Translations under genes and position numbers: made by a program
In this document: positions 1-8,332 of the stretch, piece by piece
How positions within the stretch are numbered: the stretch's first letter is position 1
Layout: every line of letters begins with the position of its first letter
The notes under the pieces: model-generated
What the model was told of the DNA's origin: nothing
Seen by the model: the letters and a program-made list of their open reading frames with translations, nothing else
Databases searched by the model: none
Assembly (NCBI GenBank): GCA_964465285.1
Contig: CAYXJG010000002.1
Coordinates: forward strand, 1 to 44,539
Source of the DNA: an uncultured bacterium
GTDB taxonomy: Bacteria > Cyanobacteriota > Cyanobacteriia > CAKZMO01
DNA length: 44,539 nt
Direction: 5' to 3'

Positions 1-88
1 TCACGAAAAAATAGGGGTTTGGGGCGCGCTCCGCGCGCCCCAAACCCCTATTTTTTTCTTGTGAATTTGAGGACTTTGCCAAGTCGTG
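1..88 (+). mobile_element. MITE-like palindromic element, family A, copy A1 (left end cut by window edge)
   Basis: Perfect 19-bp hairpin arms ATAGGGGTTTGGGGCGCGC / GCGCGCCCCAAACCCCTAT, followed by right arm GTGAATTTGAGGACTTTGCCAAGTCGTG. Same layout as 7 other copies in the window. Confidence 0.75.
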
Positions 89-199
89 TTTAGTGTCGCG
101 GTATCGCCGCGCCGCGCCCTAAGATTTGGTTCAAATCTTGCCGTTTGGATGGGCTGCCTTGCCATAATTGAGGCAGATTTCTCAGTGAGGCGATCGCCC

Positions 200-1126
200 A
201 TGATTTTAGCCATTCCTCGATTCATTCCTACATCCTTTCGCACCAGCATCGCATCCACATTGGTTATCGTCGGTGTTGTCGGTGGCAGTGTGATGAGCTG
301 CGCCAGCAGTCCCCAGGACACATCAGAATCCGCTATTCTTGAGCAACGTGAAGTTGCCGCAGATAGTGCGGGAGCGAATCAAGTTCCTCAAAGTGCCGAG
401 TTGACAGCCCAGCGCGGAACCGCTGCGCCCCAGGCTCTCCCTCAGTTAGTCAAACGGGCAGAGCTGGTTCTTGAAGTTGATGCGGTCGATGATGCCATTG
501 ACCAAGCGGTGGCGATCGCCCGTCGCGTAGGAGGTGATGTGCTGCGCCTGCAAAACCAGACCCCACCCAATGAATCTATTCAGCACACGGCATTTCTGGA
601 ACTCCGCGTGCCCCAGGCGCAACTAGAGTCCGCCATCGACCAGCTCTCAGGTCTGGGTACGGTGGATCAGCAATACCTCACAGCGGAGGATGTATCTGCC
701 CAACTGGTAGACTACGAGGCACGGTTGCGGAACCTGAGGAAGGCGGAGGAAACGGTATTGGGCATCATGGATCGGTCGGGGGAAGTAAGCGACGTGCTGC
801 AAGTCGCCCAGGAACTCCGCAACATTCGCCAGTCCATTGAACAGATTGATGGACAGCTTGCTAATCTGCGAAACCAGGTCGCCTTTTCAACCCTTTCACT
901 CACTCTGGAAGCGAAAACGGCAGGTACCCCGAGCCAAACGACGGTTGTTACGCAGCTCGGCAACAGTTGGAAAGGGGCGACTCGCTCCGTGGCAGATTTC
1001 ACCGTTGACCTGATGCAAATTGGCATCTGGCTGCTGGTCTACAGCCCCTACTGGCTGGTGCTGGGAGGGGTGGGCTATGGTATCTATTGGCTAGTAAAGC
1101 GGGGCAAACGCCAATCCGCCTCTTAG
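200..1126 (+). CDS. DUF4349-like membrane/lipoprotein (start uncertain; ORF opens at 86 inside MITE A1)
   Basis: N-terminal hydrophobic signal ending ..GGSVMSCASS. Central coiled region LELRVPQAQLESAIDQL...LVDYEARLRNLRKAEETVLGIM. C-terminal TM helices IWLLVYSPYWLVLGGVGYGIYWLV. This architecture matches DUF4349 as I recall it. Confidence 0.55.
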   Translation: MILAIPRFIPTSFRTSIASTLVIVGVVGGSVMSCASSPQDTSESAILEQREVAADSAGANQVPQSAELTAQRGTAAPQALPQLVKRAELVLEVDAVDDAIDQAVAIARRVGGDVLRLQNQTPPNESIQHTAFLELRVPQAQLESAIDQLSGLGTVDQQYLTAEDVSAQLVDYEARLRNLRKAEETVLGIMDRSGEVSDVLQVAQELRNIRQSIEQIDGQLANLRNQVAFSTLSLTLEAKTAGTPSQTTVVTQLGNSWKGATRSVADFTVDLMQIGIWLLVYSPYWLVLGGVGYGIYWLVKRGKRQSAS

Positions 1127-1163
1127 AATCCCCTGAATCTTGGATGGCGAGTGTCGCTTAACT

Positions 1164-1268
1164 TATAGCAACGAAAGAGTTCGTGAAACCAAAACCATTT
1201 CAGGGAACCCGCGCTCCGCGCGGGTTCCCTGAAATGGTTTTGTCCTAACCAACCCTTTGGTTGCTATA
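1164..1268. mobile_element. MITE-like element, family C (TATAGCAAC...GTTGCTATA termini)
   Basis: Terminal inverted repeats TATAGCAAC / GTTGCTATA. Central perfect hairpin AAACCATTTCAGGGAACCCGCGC / GCGCGGGTTCCCTGAAATGGTTT. Abuts family B copy B1. Confidence 0.6.
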
Positions 1269-1372
1269 TACAGCGGTGTGCAAATTGGTTAAGCATACCC
1301 AAACCTGTTGAGTTGCGGCGCAGAGCGCCGCAACTCAACAAACTGTACTTAATGCGCTTGCACAGCGCTATA
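1267..1372 (+). mobile_element. MITE-like element, family B, copy B1
   Basis: GCGGTGTGCAAATTGG...GTTGAGTTGCGGCGCAGAGCGCCGCAACTCAAC...CTGTACTTAATGCGCTTGCACAGCGCTATA. Four copies in the window. Confidence 0.75.
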
Positions 1373-1444
1373 TTTAACCTGAGTTCAGGCTAAGCAGGTT
1401 CATGAAGGTTCATGAGTCATGGCTCTCATTCAAAATCGTGCTCC

Positions 1445-1542
1445 TTAGGGACTTGCAAGAAAATAAAGTACCCGGAAAAGAGCAGCGGGCGCAGCCCGCT
1501 GCTCTTTTCTTTCGGTATCTTTTTTAGCCGCAGATCCCTTAG
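1445..1542 (+). mobile_element. MITE-like element, family E, copy E1 (TTAGGGACTTGCAAG termini)
   Basis: TTAGGGACTTGCAAGAAAATAAAGTACCCGGAAAAGAGCAGCGGGCGCAGCCCGCTGCTCTTTTC...GCCGCAGATCCCTTAG. Copies also at 2940, 13138 and 39091. Confidence 0.75.
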
Positions 1543-1675
1543 TGTACCAGAGGAAATCAGCGTTGATTCTCCCGTGTAACAGACACACAGCACTAGCCAA
1601 ATCAATTGCGATGACGCCAGGGGGATGTCCTCATCCTGCTGTACTCTAAAGGCTGAAGTTGTGGGAACTATCTTC

Positions 1676-2656
1676 ATGAAGCGCCTCGTTTCGATTGCTG
1701 TCAGCCTGGTGATTCTTGCGTTCATCTACTGGAAGATTGACGTGCAGGGGTTGGTGGCGGTGTTTCGCAACTGCGATCGCCTCTGGATGGCAATCAGCCT
1801 TGGCATGGTAGTGCCCATCACCGCCATCACCGCATGGCGACTACAACAACTGGCTCCGCCTCAGGCAAGGTTGGGGTTTGGTGAAGCAAATCGGCTGATT
1901 CTCGCTGCTAGCAGCCTCAACATGGTGCTGCCGTCGAAAATGGGGGATATCGCCAAGGCGTATTTCATGCGCGATCGCGGACACCTCAGCGGCACCCTGG
2001 CGCTCTCACTGGTGGTGTTTGAGAAGACCTGCGACATGCTTTCACTGTTGCTGTGGTGCGTGTTTGGCCTCACCTTCTATAGGCCGAAAGACGGGTTGTT
2101 TTGGGTAATGACGGTCTGCATTTTTGCGGGGCTCGTGTTGGGGTCGCTGTTGTTGGTATCGCCCCGGTTCGCCAAAGGCTTCTTCAGTGTGGCAGAGGCG
2201 ATCGCCCCCAAAAAACTCCGCCCCAACCTTACAACTCTGCACCAATCTTGGCAGGAGATGCACGTTTACTTTTGGCGCGATCGCGATCAGCTCATGAAAA
2301 TTGCAGGCACCTCCATCGTCATCTGGTTTTTGCACCTGCTACAAATTTGGTTCTTCATCCTGGCACTAAACGCCTGGGCACCATTTTTAGCAAATTTGGC
2401 GCTATCTCCTCTGGCAATTTTGGCAGGACTCTTGCCGCTTACCTTTGCTGGAGTGGGCACCCGTGATGCTGCGTTAATTGTGTTTTACCAGCCTTTTTTC
2501 GATACACCCACAGCAGCGGCACTGGGGCTGCTCTGTACGTCTCGATATCTGATTCCGGCCATCGGTGGGTTACCTTTCTTGCAGCGGTATTTAACGGTAG
2601 TTAACGTGAGTTCGACAAGCACTCAGGACTTCGCTTCACATCCACCCCGCGAGTAA
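1676..2656 (+). CDS. Flippase-like / lysyl-phosphatidylglycerol-synthase TM-region family (UPF0104) membrane protein
   Basis: Polytopic membrane protein. Motif NMVLPSKMGDIAKAYFM after TM3 is typical of the LPG_synthase_TM family. Start chosen at MKRLVSIAVSL. Confidence 0.55.
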   Translation: MKRLVSIAVSLVILAFIYWKIDVQGLVAVFRNCDRLWMAISLGMVVPITAITAWRLQQLAPPQARLGFGEANRLILAASSLNMVLPSKMGDIAKAYFMRDRGHLSGTLALSLVVFEKTCDMLSLLLWCVFGLTFYRPKDGLFWVMTVCIFAGLVLGSLLLVSPRFAKGFFSVAEAIAPKKLRPNLTTLHQSWQEMHVYFWRDRDQLMKIAGTSIVIWFLHLLQIWFFILALNAWAPFLANLALSPLAILAGLLPLTFAGVGTRDAALIVFYQPFFDTPTAAALGLLCTSRYLIPAIGGLPFLQRYLTVVNVSSTSTQDFASHPPRE

Positions 2657-2831
2657 TACCAATTTTTGATTTTGGATTTTCGATTTTGGGTTGACAAACT
2701 CATAGTTGGCATAGGTTACAGGTTAGCTATCTGTAGTTCTACTTTCAAGAATTGGTGTAAACTGCGGGCTAGCTGTCAAGTCCGCTCAACGTGGACTCAA
2801 TCGCTCAAATCCTGATAGGACAGTACGTTAA

Positions 2832-2934
2832 CACGGCTTGGCAAGTTTCACGCAAAAATAGGGATTTGGCGCGCGCTCAGCGCGCGCCAAATCCCTATTT
2901 TTGCGTTGTGAATTTGAGAACTTTGCCAAGTCGT
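2832..2934 (+). mobile_element. MITE family A, copy A2
   Basis: CACGGCTTGGCAAGTTTCACGCAAAAATAGGGATTTGGCGCGCGC-TCA-GCGCGCGCCAAATCCCTATTTTTGCGTTGTGAATTTGAGAACTTTGCCAAGTCGT. Confidence 0.8.
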
Positions 2935-2939
2935 AACCA

Positions 2940-3037
2940 GTAAGGGATCTGCGGCTAAAGAAGATACCGGAAGAAAAGAGCAGCGGGCGCAGCCCGCTGC
3001 TCTTTTCCGGGTACTTCATTTTCTTGCAAGTCCCTAA
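2940..3037 (-). mobile_element. MITE family E, copy E2 (inverted relative to E1), 5 bp from A2
   Basis: Near-identical reverse complement of E1, including the GAGCAGCGGGCGCAGCCCGCTGCTC hairpin. Confidence 0.8.
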
Positions 3038-3271
3038 GTTCCTGTTCCCCTCTCAAAATCAGCGAACCGACCGTAATTAACTATCAAGCCCACAAATCTT
3101 GCGCTGCCTGCTGCGCGGGCAGCTCAGGGTCTTTGCAGGATCTTTAAGTTGGGGTTTAATTGTGCCGAGGTACTCATGTGTGCAATGGGGTTCCCAGAAC
3201 GAAATGTGTAATGGGATACAGTTTGCTGAAGGTAAACCTCTTTCAATAAACTCAACTTATCGTATCCAGAG

Positions 3272-4459
3272 GTGCAAACCACCAAAGCAATGCGCGATAT
3301 ACCAATCCTTCCAGAAGTAGACGCGACTGAAATGCCTGTGGCACCCAATGCCAAAGGTGTAATTCTTCAGTCTGTCACTAAAAAATATGGGCCTGTTGTC
3401 GCTGTTGAAAACGTTACCCTGGCTATCCCCGCAGGAACCTACTGCTGTTTGCTGGGGCCGAGCGGCTGCGGCAAAACCACCACCATGCGGATGATTGCAG
3501 GCCATGAGGAAATCACCACAGGGGATATTTTCATCGGGGATTTGCGGATTAATATGCTGCCCCCTGCCAAGCGCAACACCGCGATGATGTTTCAGAACTA
3601 CGCCCTCTTCCCCCACAAAACCGTGTGGCAAAACGTTGAATTTGGCCTCCGCATGGCAAAGGTGAAGGAACCCGAGTGCCGCACTCGCGTAGAAGAAATA
3701 CTCGACACCGTAGGATTGGGCACCTTCGCAAACCGTAAACCCCACATGCTCAGCGGGGGGCAGCAGCAGCGGGTCGCATTGGCTCGGGCACTGGTCACGC
3801 GCCCCCAGGTGCTGCTGCTGGATGAACCCCTCAGCGCCCTGGATGAGTCCCTGCGCGTTAAGACCCGCAGCGAACTCCGCAAGCTCCAGAAGCAGTTTGG
3901 TATGACGTTTATCCAGGTCACCCATAATCAGGATGAAGCCTATGCCCTCGCTGACCAGATTGTTGTGATGGATCACGGGCGCATTGACCAGGTGGGAACT
4001 CCACCGGAGATTTTTGCTAAGCCCATATCTAAATTCGTCGCCCAGTTCACCGGAGACAATAACATTTTTGAGGGCACGGTAATGAGTGCCGCCCAGGATG
4101 GTGATGATTGCCTCATTGAGATGGACGTCGATCCCCTGGGGACATTTCACTGTCGAGGGGAAGCGGTGCAGCCTGGGGTGCGTGCTGCGTGCAGTGTGAG
4201 GAGCGATCGCCTCTTCCTCAACTCTCTCCAGGCTCCCCAAGGTTCCATATTCGCATTCCCCCTGAACCACGTCACCGCTCGCATCACCGCCGTCGAGTTT
4301 ACAGGATACATCACCCGCGTGTCCCTGGCTCTGGAAAAAACCGGAACTGAGATTCTCTACAAAGCTCGCACCTCTGATTGGATGGAGCAGACCTTTGACG
4401 AGGGACAAGTTGTTCGAGTCGAGTGGCACCCCAAGGATTGCGTTTTCCTCGCTCACTGA
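3272..4459 (+). CDS. ABC transporter ATP-binding protein (PotA/FbpC-like, C-terminal TOBE-like domain); start may be 3290 or 3332
   Basis: Walker A GPSGCGKTT, signature LSGGQQQRVALARAL, Walker B LLLDEPLSALD, H-loop VTHNQDEA. Confidence 0.9.
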   Translation: MQTTKAMRDIPILPEVDATEMPVAPNAKGVILQSVTKKYGPVVAVENVTLAIPAGTYCCLLGPSGCGKTTTMRMIAGHEEITTGDIFIGDLRINMLPPAKRNTAMMFQNYALFPHKTVWQNVEFGLRMAKVKEPECRTRVEEILDTVGLGTFANRKPHMLSGGQQQRVALARALVTRPQVLLLDEPLSALDESLRVKTRSELRKLQKQFGMTFIQVTHNQDEAYALADQIVVMDHGRIDQVGTPPEIFAKPISKFVAQFTGDNNIFEGTVMSAAQDGDDCLIEMDVDPLGTFHCRGEAVQPGVRAACSVRSDRLFLNSLQAPQGSIFAFPLNHVTARITAVEFTGYITRVSLALEKTGTEILYKARTSDWMEQTFDEGQVVRVEWHPKDCVFLAH

Positions 4460-4468
4460 GGGAAGGCC

Positions 4469-4493
4469 CACTGTGTCTACTTCCACAGTGTTT
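4469..4493 (+). terminator. Possible weak hairpin terminator after the ABC ATPase gene
   Basis: Perfect 7-bp inverted repeat CACTGTG-N8-CACAGTG, followed by TTTA. Lies 10 nt after the stop codon. Confidence 0.3.
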
Positions 4494-4642
4494 ATGCGCC
4501 AATCTTCTAAGTGCGCATGCCACCAGGGAGACATCATTTCCGATATGCACACCATCCAAAATCTAATGATTCGCCAAATAGTTGACAGAAATTGCCGTGA
4601 ATATCGTATTGATTGATATTGATTGATATAGATTCGTTGGCT

Positions 4643-4678
4643 ACGCTCACATAAACGCTCACACAAACGCTCACACAC
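4643..4678. repeat. 12-bp tandem repeat x3 (ACGCTCACAyAA)
   Basis: ACGCTCACATAA ACGCTCACACAA ACGCTCACACAC. Preceded by TATTGATTGA x2 at 4608-4627. Confidence 0.85.
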
Positions 4679-4707
4679 AGAACGTTCATACACGTATAGG
4701 AAAAGCT

Positions 4708-6015
4708 ATGACCAAAATTTCTCGTCGTAATGTAATTCGCACCGGACTGGCAGCAGGGGCATTTCTTGCAACCACGCGCTGTGCCTCTGCTCCCGAAGGC
4801 ACTCCCAATAATCCTGCCCAGGGACCGGAAGTAACAACCAACTCCGCGAAGGATGTAACCCTGCGGCTTATCGGAACTGGAGTGTCTCAAATCAACGAAA
4901 TTCGGGACAAGGCACAGGAAGAACTGGGCTTTTCCATTGAGATGCGGGCACTTAGCACCGAAGAAAACAACCAGATTGCCATTACCCAGCCTGGGCAATA
5001 CGACATTTTTGATGGGGAATACTTCAGCCTGCCGCTGGTGGTTCCCTCTGGCAACCTCCAGCCTATCGACATTAGCAGAGTGAAAGACTGGGACAAGATT
5101 GTGTCCTTCTTCACCACTGGCAAATATAACGGAATGCCCGTCGAAACCTCCCAGGGAACCGCTCCCTACAGAGTTATGTACCTGACGGGGCCAGATTCTA
5201 CGGAGTTCTCGGAGACGCCGACCGATTTCGCCACCCTGATTCCCTTCCAGTACAACGCCGATACCCTGGGCGTTCGCCCTGATCTCGTCGGTCGCCCCAT
5301 CGAAAGCTGGGGGGAACTATTCAATGAAGAGTTTCGCGGCAAAACCTCCATTCTGGACATCCCCCAAATTGGCATGATGGATGCGGCGATGGTGGCTGAA
5401 GCCCTCGGCTTGATGACCTTCGGCGACAAAGGCAACATGACTCGGGCTGAGATTGATCAGTTAACTGACATTTTGAAGGAACAAAAGCGGGCAGGGCAGT
5501 TCCGCGCCTTCTGGAAGACCTTTGACGAGTCGGTCAACCTGATGGCATCTGGCGAGGTGGTGCTCCAGTCCATGTGGTCTCCTGCGGTGACTGCCGTGAA
5601 ATCTAAGGGAATGCAGTGCGTGTATGCACCATTGAAGGAAGGTTATCGCGGCTGGGGCGGCGGTATTGGCCTATCGAAGAATCTGGATGGTGTCGCCCGT
5701 GATGCGGCCTACGAATACATCAACTGGATGCTGGAAGGCTGGGTTGGCGCATTCCTGGGTCGTCAAGGTTACTACAGTGCGGCTCCCGAAAATGCCAAGA
5801 AATATATGTCCCAGGCAGAATGGGATTTCTGGTATGAAGGGAAGGAAGCGACTGAAGATATGGTCGATCCGTTCGGCAGTACCCTTGAGAAGGCGGGCAC
5901 CGTAAGGGATGGGGGGTCCTTTGAGGAACGCTTCGGCAACATTGTGGTGTGGAACTCCACGATGGAGGAGAACACTTACCTCGTCCAAAAGTGGAATGAG
6001 TTCATTGCCTCTTAG
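4708..6015 (+). CDS. ABC transporter periplasmic substrate-binding protein (PotD/PotF-like family 1) with twin-arginine signal
   Basis: N-terminus MTKISRRNVIRTGLAAGAFLATT matches a Tat motif (SRRxxI plus hydrophobic region). About 435 aa. Located between the ATPase and two permease genes. Confidence 0.8.
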   Translation: MTKISRRNVIRTGLAAGAFLATTRCASAPEGTPNNPAQGPEVTTNSAKDVTLRLIGTGVSQINEIRDKAQEELGFSIEMRALSTEENNQIAITQPGQYDIFDGEYFSLPLVVPSGNLQPIDISRVKDWDKIVSFFTTGKYNGMPVETSQGTAPYRVMYLTGPDSTEFSETPTDFATLIPFQYNADTLGVRPDLVGRPIESWGELFNEEFRGKTSILDIPQIGMMDAAMVAEALGLMTFGDKGNMTRAEIDQLTDILKEQKRAGQFRAFWKTFDESVNLMASGEVVLQSMWSPAVTAVKSKGMQCVYAPLKEGYRGWGGGIGLSKNLDGVARDAAYEYINWMLEGWVGAFLGRQGYYSAAPENAKKYMSQAEWDFWYEGKEATEDMVDPFGSTLEKAGTVRDGGSFEERFGNIVVWNSTMEENTYLVQKWNEFIAS

Positions 6016-6087
6016 GAACGAGACTTCAATAATGTGAACCAAATTTTAGTGGAGTGGAGCACCGCTCCACTAAGATACTCTATTAAG
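6011..6087. mobile_element. MITE family G, copy G1a (right end truncated); first bases overlap the stop codon of the binding-protein gene
   Basis: CTTAGGAACGAGACTTCAATAATGTGAACC...TTAGTGGAGTGGAGCACCGCTCCACTAA. The TAG of its terminus (6013-6015) is the CDS stop. Confidence 0.6.
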
Positions 6088-6097
6088 CCGCTTCACT

Positions 6098-6201
6098 CAG
6101 GACCGAGAATTAAATAACGTGAACCCAATTTTTATTAGGGCGGCGCGGCATCGCCGCGCCGCCCTAATAAAAAGGGATTTTATTTAATCTTCGTTCCTAA
6201 G
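6098..6201. mobile_element. MITE family G, copy G1b, flanked by 10-bp direct repeat CCGCTTCACT
   Basis: ..GAGAATTAAATAACGTGAACCC..TTAGGGCGGCGCGGCATCGCCGCGCCGCCCTAA..TTATTTAATCTTCGTTCCTAAG. Flanking direct repeats at 6088-6097 and 6202-6211. Confidence 0.75.
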
Positions 6202-6245
6202 CCGCTTCACTAAAAGGAACTGCTCAGTCTGCCTCAAAACCTATA

Positions 6246-7115
6246 ATGGCTCTCACCTTTATGTCTGTCTGGAAAACGATGAAACCCTACTTTCTGGTGA
6301 CGCCACAAACCCTGGTTTTTCTGCTTTTTCTAATCTTCCCCATTGTCATGATTACCGTCGTGAGCTTCTGGCAGTTCAACGGCTATGCAATGGTGCCAGA
6401 TTTTACTTGGGACAACTACGGGATCATCTTCTCATCGGGTGTAGCATGGCGAACCTATCTCAACACCTTTAAGTATGTGGTGCTGGTATGGTTCTTTGCC
6501 CTCATGCTGTCGTTCCCGGTGGCCTATTTTCTGGCATTTTATGTCGAAAGCTTGCGCTGGAAAGTCATCTTATTCCTCGTGTGCACTGTTCCCTTCTGGA
6601 CGTCAAACATCATCCGGAATATCTCCTGGGTGCCGCTGCTGGGGCGTGAAGGATTGGTGAATCAGGTTCTCCAGGGCGTGGGATTCATTCAAGAGCCGCT
6701 GGATTTCCTGCTCTATTCTGATTTCGCCATCGTCTTGGGACTGGTTCACCTTTACACCTTTTTTATGATTGCGCCCATTTTCAACAGCCTCATGCGCATT
6801 GACCAGGATTTGATGACGGCGGCGCGAGACATGGGGGCGTCGGGATTTCAGATTTTGCGGGAAGTCATTTTGCCCCTGGCGGCACCCGGCATTGCCATCG
6901 GCTCCATTTTCGTCGTGACCCTGGTAATGGGTGAGTTCCTGACGGTGCGCCTGATGGGGGGTGGACAGTCGGCGTCGGTAGGAAAGCTGATTAGCACCCA
7001 GATCGGCAGCTTGCAGTATCCTCTGGCAGCGGCGAATGCCGTTCTGCTGCTCATGGTGACGTTGGTGATGGTGACGGGAATTTTACGGGTGGTGGATATT
7101 CGGAAGGAGCTTTAG
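6246..7115 (+). CDS. ABC transporter permease (PotB-like)
   Basis: Six predicted TM helices. EAA-like loop MTAARDMGASGFQILREVILPLAAPG. Confidence 0.85.
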   Translation: MALTFMSVWKTMKPYFLVTPQTLVFLLFLIFPIVMITVVSFWQFNGYAMVPDFTWDNYGIIFSSGVAWRTYLNTFKYVVLVWFFALMLSFPVAYFLAFYVESLRWKVILFLVCTVPFWTSNIIRNISWVPLLGREGLVNQVLQGVGFIQEPLDFLLYSDFAIVLGLVHLYTFFMIAPIFNSLMRIDQDLMTAARDMGASGFQILREVILPLAAPGIAIGSIFVVTLVMGEFLTVRLMGGGQSASVGKLISTQIGSLQYPLAAANAVLLLMVTLVMVTGILRVVDIRKEL

Positions 7116-7153
7116 CTTGTATCTCAGCGTTGAAGGAGCCAAGGCTTAATCTT

Positions 7154-7257
7154 TACGACTTGGCAAGTTTCACGCAAGGATAAGGGTTTGAGGCGCGCGG
7201 AGCGCGCCTCAAACCCTTATCCTTGCGTTGTGAATTTGAGAACTTTGCCAAGTCGTG
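7154..7257 (+). mobile_element. MITE family A, copy A3 (between the two permease genes)
   Basis: ACGACTTGGCAAGTTTCACGCAAGGATAAGGGTTTGAGGCGCGC-GGA-GCGCGCCTCAAACCCTTATCCTTGCGTTGTGAATTTGAGAACTTTGCCAAGTCGTG. Confidence 0.8.
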
Positions 7258-7318
7258 TAGTCTTGACACCTGCAAGACTAAGAACAGATTTTGAAGTTGT
7301 GACGAAGAGAGAGTAACG

Positions 7319-8128
7319 ATGGGTAGGCGATCGCCAGCATTCTATTTACTAGCACTTTTCTTTGGGCTGTTTGTGCTGTTTCTATACGGCCCGATGATCA
7401 CCATTTTCATCCTGTCCCTCCAGGGACCGGATGGGACGCTGACGTTTCCCATTCGGAGCTTCGGGTTCTACTGGCTGGGGCAGGTCTTTCAGGAGCAGCG
7501 GGTGGGCAATTTTGTGGAGCCGTTTCTCCGATCGCTGGCGCTGGGATTTGCGGTGGCGGCGATCGCTATTGCCGTTAGCGTCCCTGCCGCCCTTGCCTTC
7601 CGCCAGCAGTTCCGGGGGTCAGCTCTCATTTTCTATCTGACCATCGCCAGCCTCATCGTGCCAAGCGTGCTAGTATCCCTGGGCATTGGCATCACCTTTC
7701 AGGTATTGGGATGGCAGACCAACTGGTTTAGCTCCGGGCTGGGGGCACACCTAACCTGGACGGTTCCCTTTGCCTTTCTCATCATGGTGGGAGTATTCAA
7801 TCGCTTTAATCCTTCTTACGAAGAAGCCGCCAGCGATTTGGGAGCCAGTCAGGTGATGACCTTCAAAGAAATTGTGCTACCGCTGATTGCGCCTAGTCTC
7901 ATTGGGGTGCTGATTTTAGGCTTCACCCTGTCTTACGATGAGTTCACCCGCACATCTCTGGTGTCTGGACAATACAATACCCTGCCCCTAGAGATTTTTG
8001 GCATGACCACCAACGTAACATCTCCCGCTCTCTATGCCCTGGGGACGCTCACTACTCTGTTCTCCTTCAGCGCTATCATCATCGCCCTGCTTGCGTATCA
8101 GGCCGTTTCCCGCCGCCAAAGTTCCTGA
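7319..8128 (+). CDS. ABC transporter permease (PotC-like)
   Basis: Six predicted TM helices. EAA-like loop EEAASDLGASQVMTFKEIVLPLIAPS. Confidence 0.85.
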   Translation: MGRRSPAFYLLALFFGLFVLFLYGPMITIFILSLQGPDGTLTFPIRSFGFYWLGQVFQEQRVGNFVEPFLRSLALGFAVAAIAIAVSVPAALAFRQQFRGSALIFYLTIASLIVPSVLVSLGIGITFQVLGWQTNWFSSGLGAHLTWTVPFAFLIMVGVFNRFNPSYEEAASDLGASQVMTFKEIVLPLIAPSLIGVLILGFTLSYDEFTRTSLVSGQYNTLPLEIFGMTTNVTSPALYALGTLTTLFSFSAIIIALLAYQAVSRRQSS

Positions 8129-8332
8129 ATGTGCAGTGGGGGAGCAGCATTGGGCGATCGCTTCACCTCATCAGACTATTCCCATGATTTGCGATAGGCT
8201 GGTTGAAGGATTGTGATTCTAAGATTGCGATCGCCCCGATAAATCGCTACTCTATAGCTTTTCTGGGGTGAGCGGCTCTTTTGTCATCGCTCCTCTGCTG
8301 GCCGCATCGCCGTGAATCTGCGTTCCGTATCC

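Noticed and set aside
3257-4693. 478-aa ORF on the minus strand, the longest alternative ORF in the window
   Set aside because: It is entirely antisense to the ABC ATPase gene, which has unambiguous Walker and signature motifs. Its N-terminus (CERLCERLCERS) is just the translated 12-bp tandem repeat. It has no recognisable motifs and is a typical shadow ORF.
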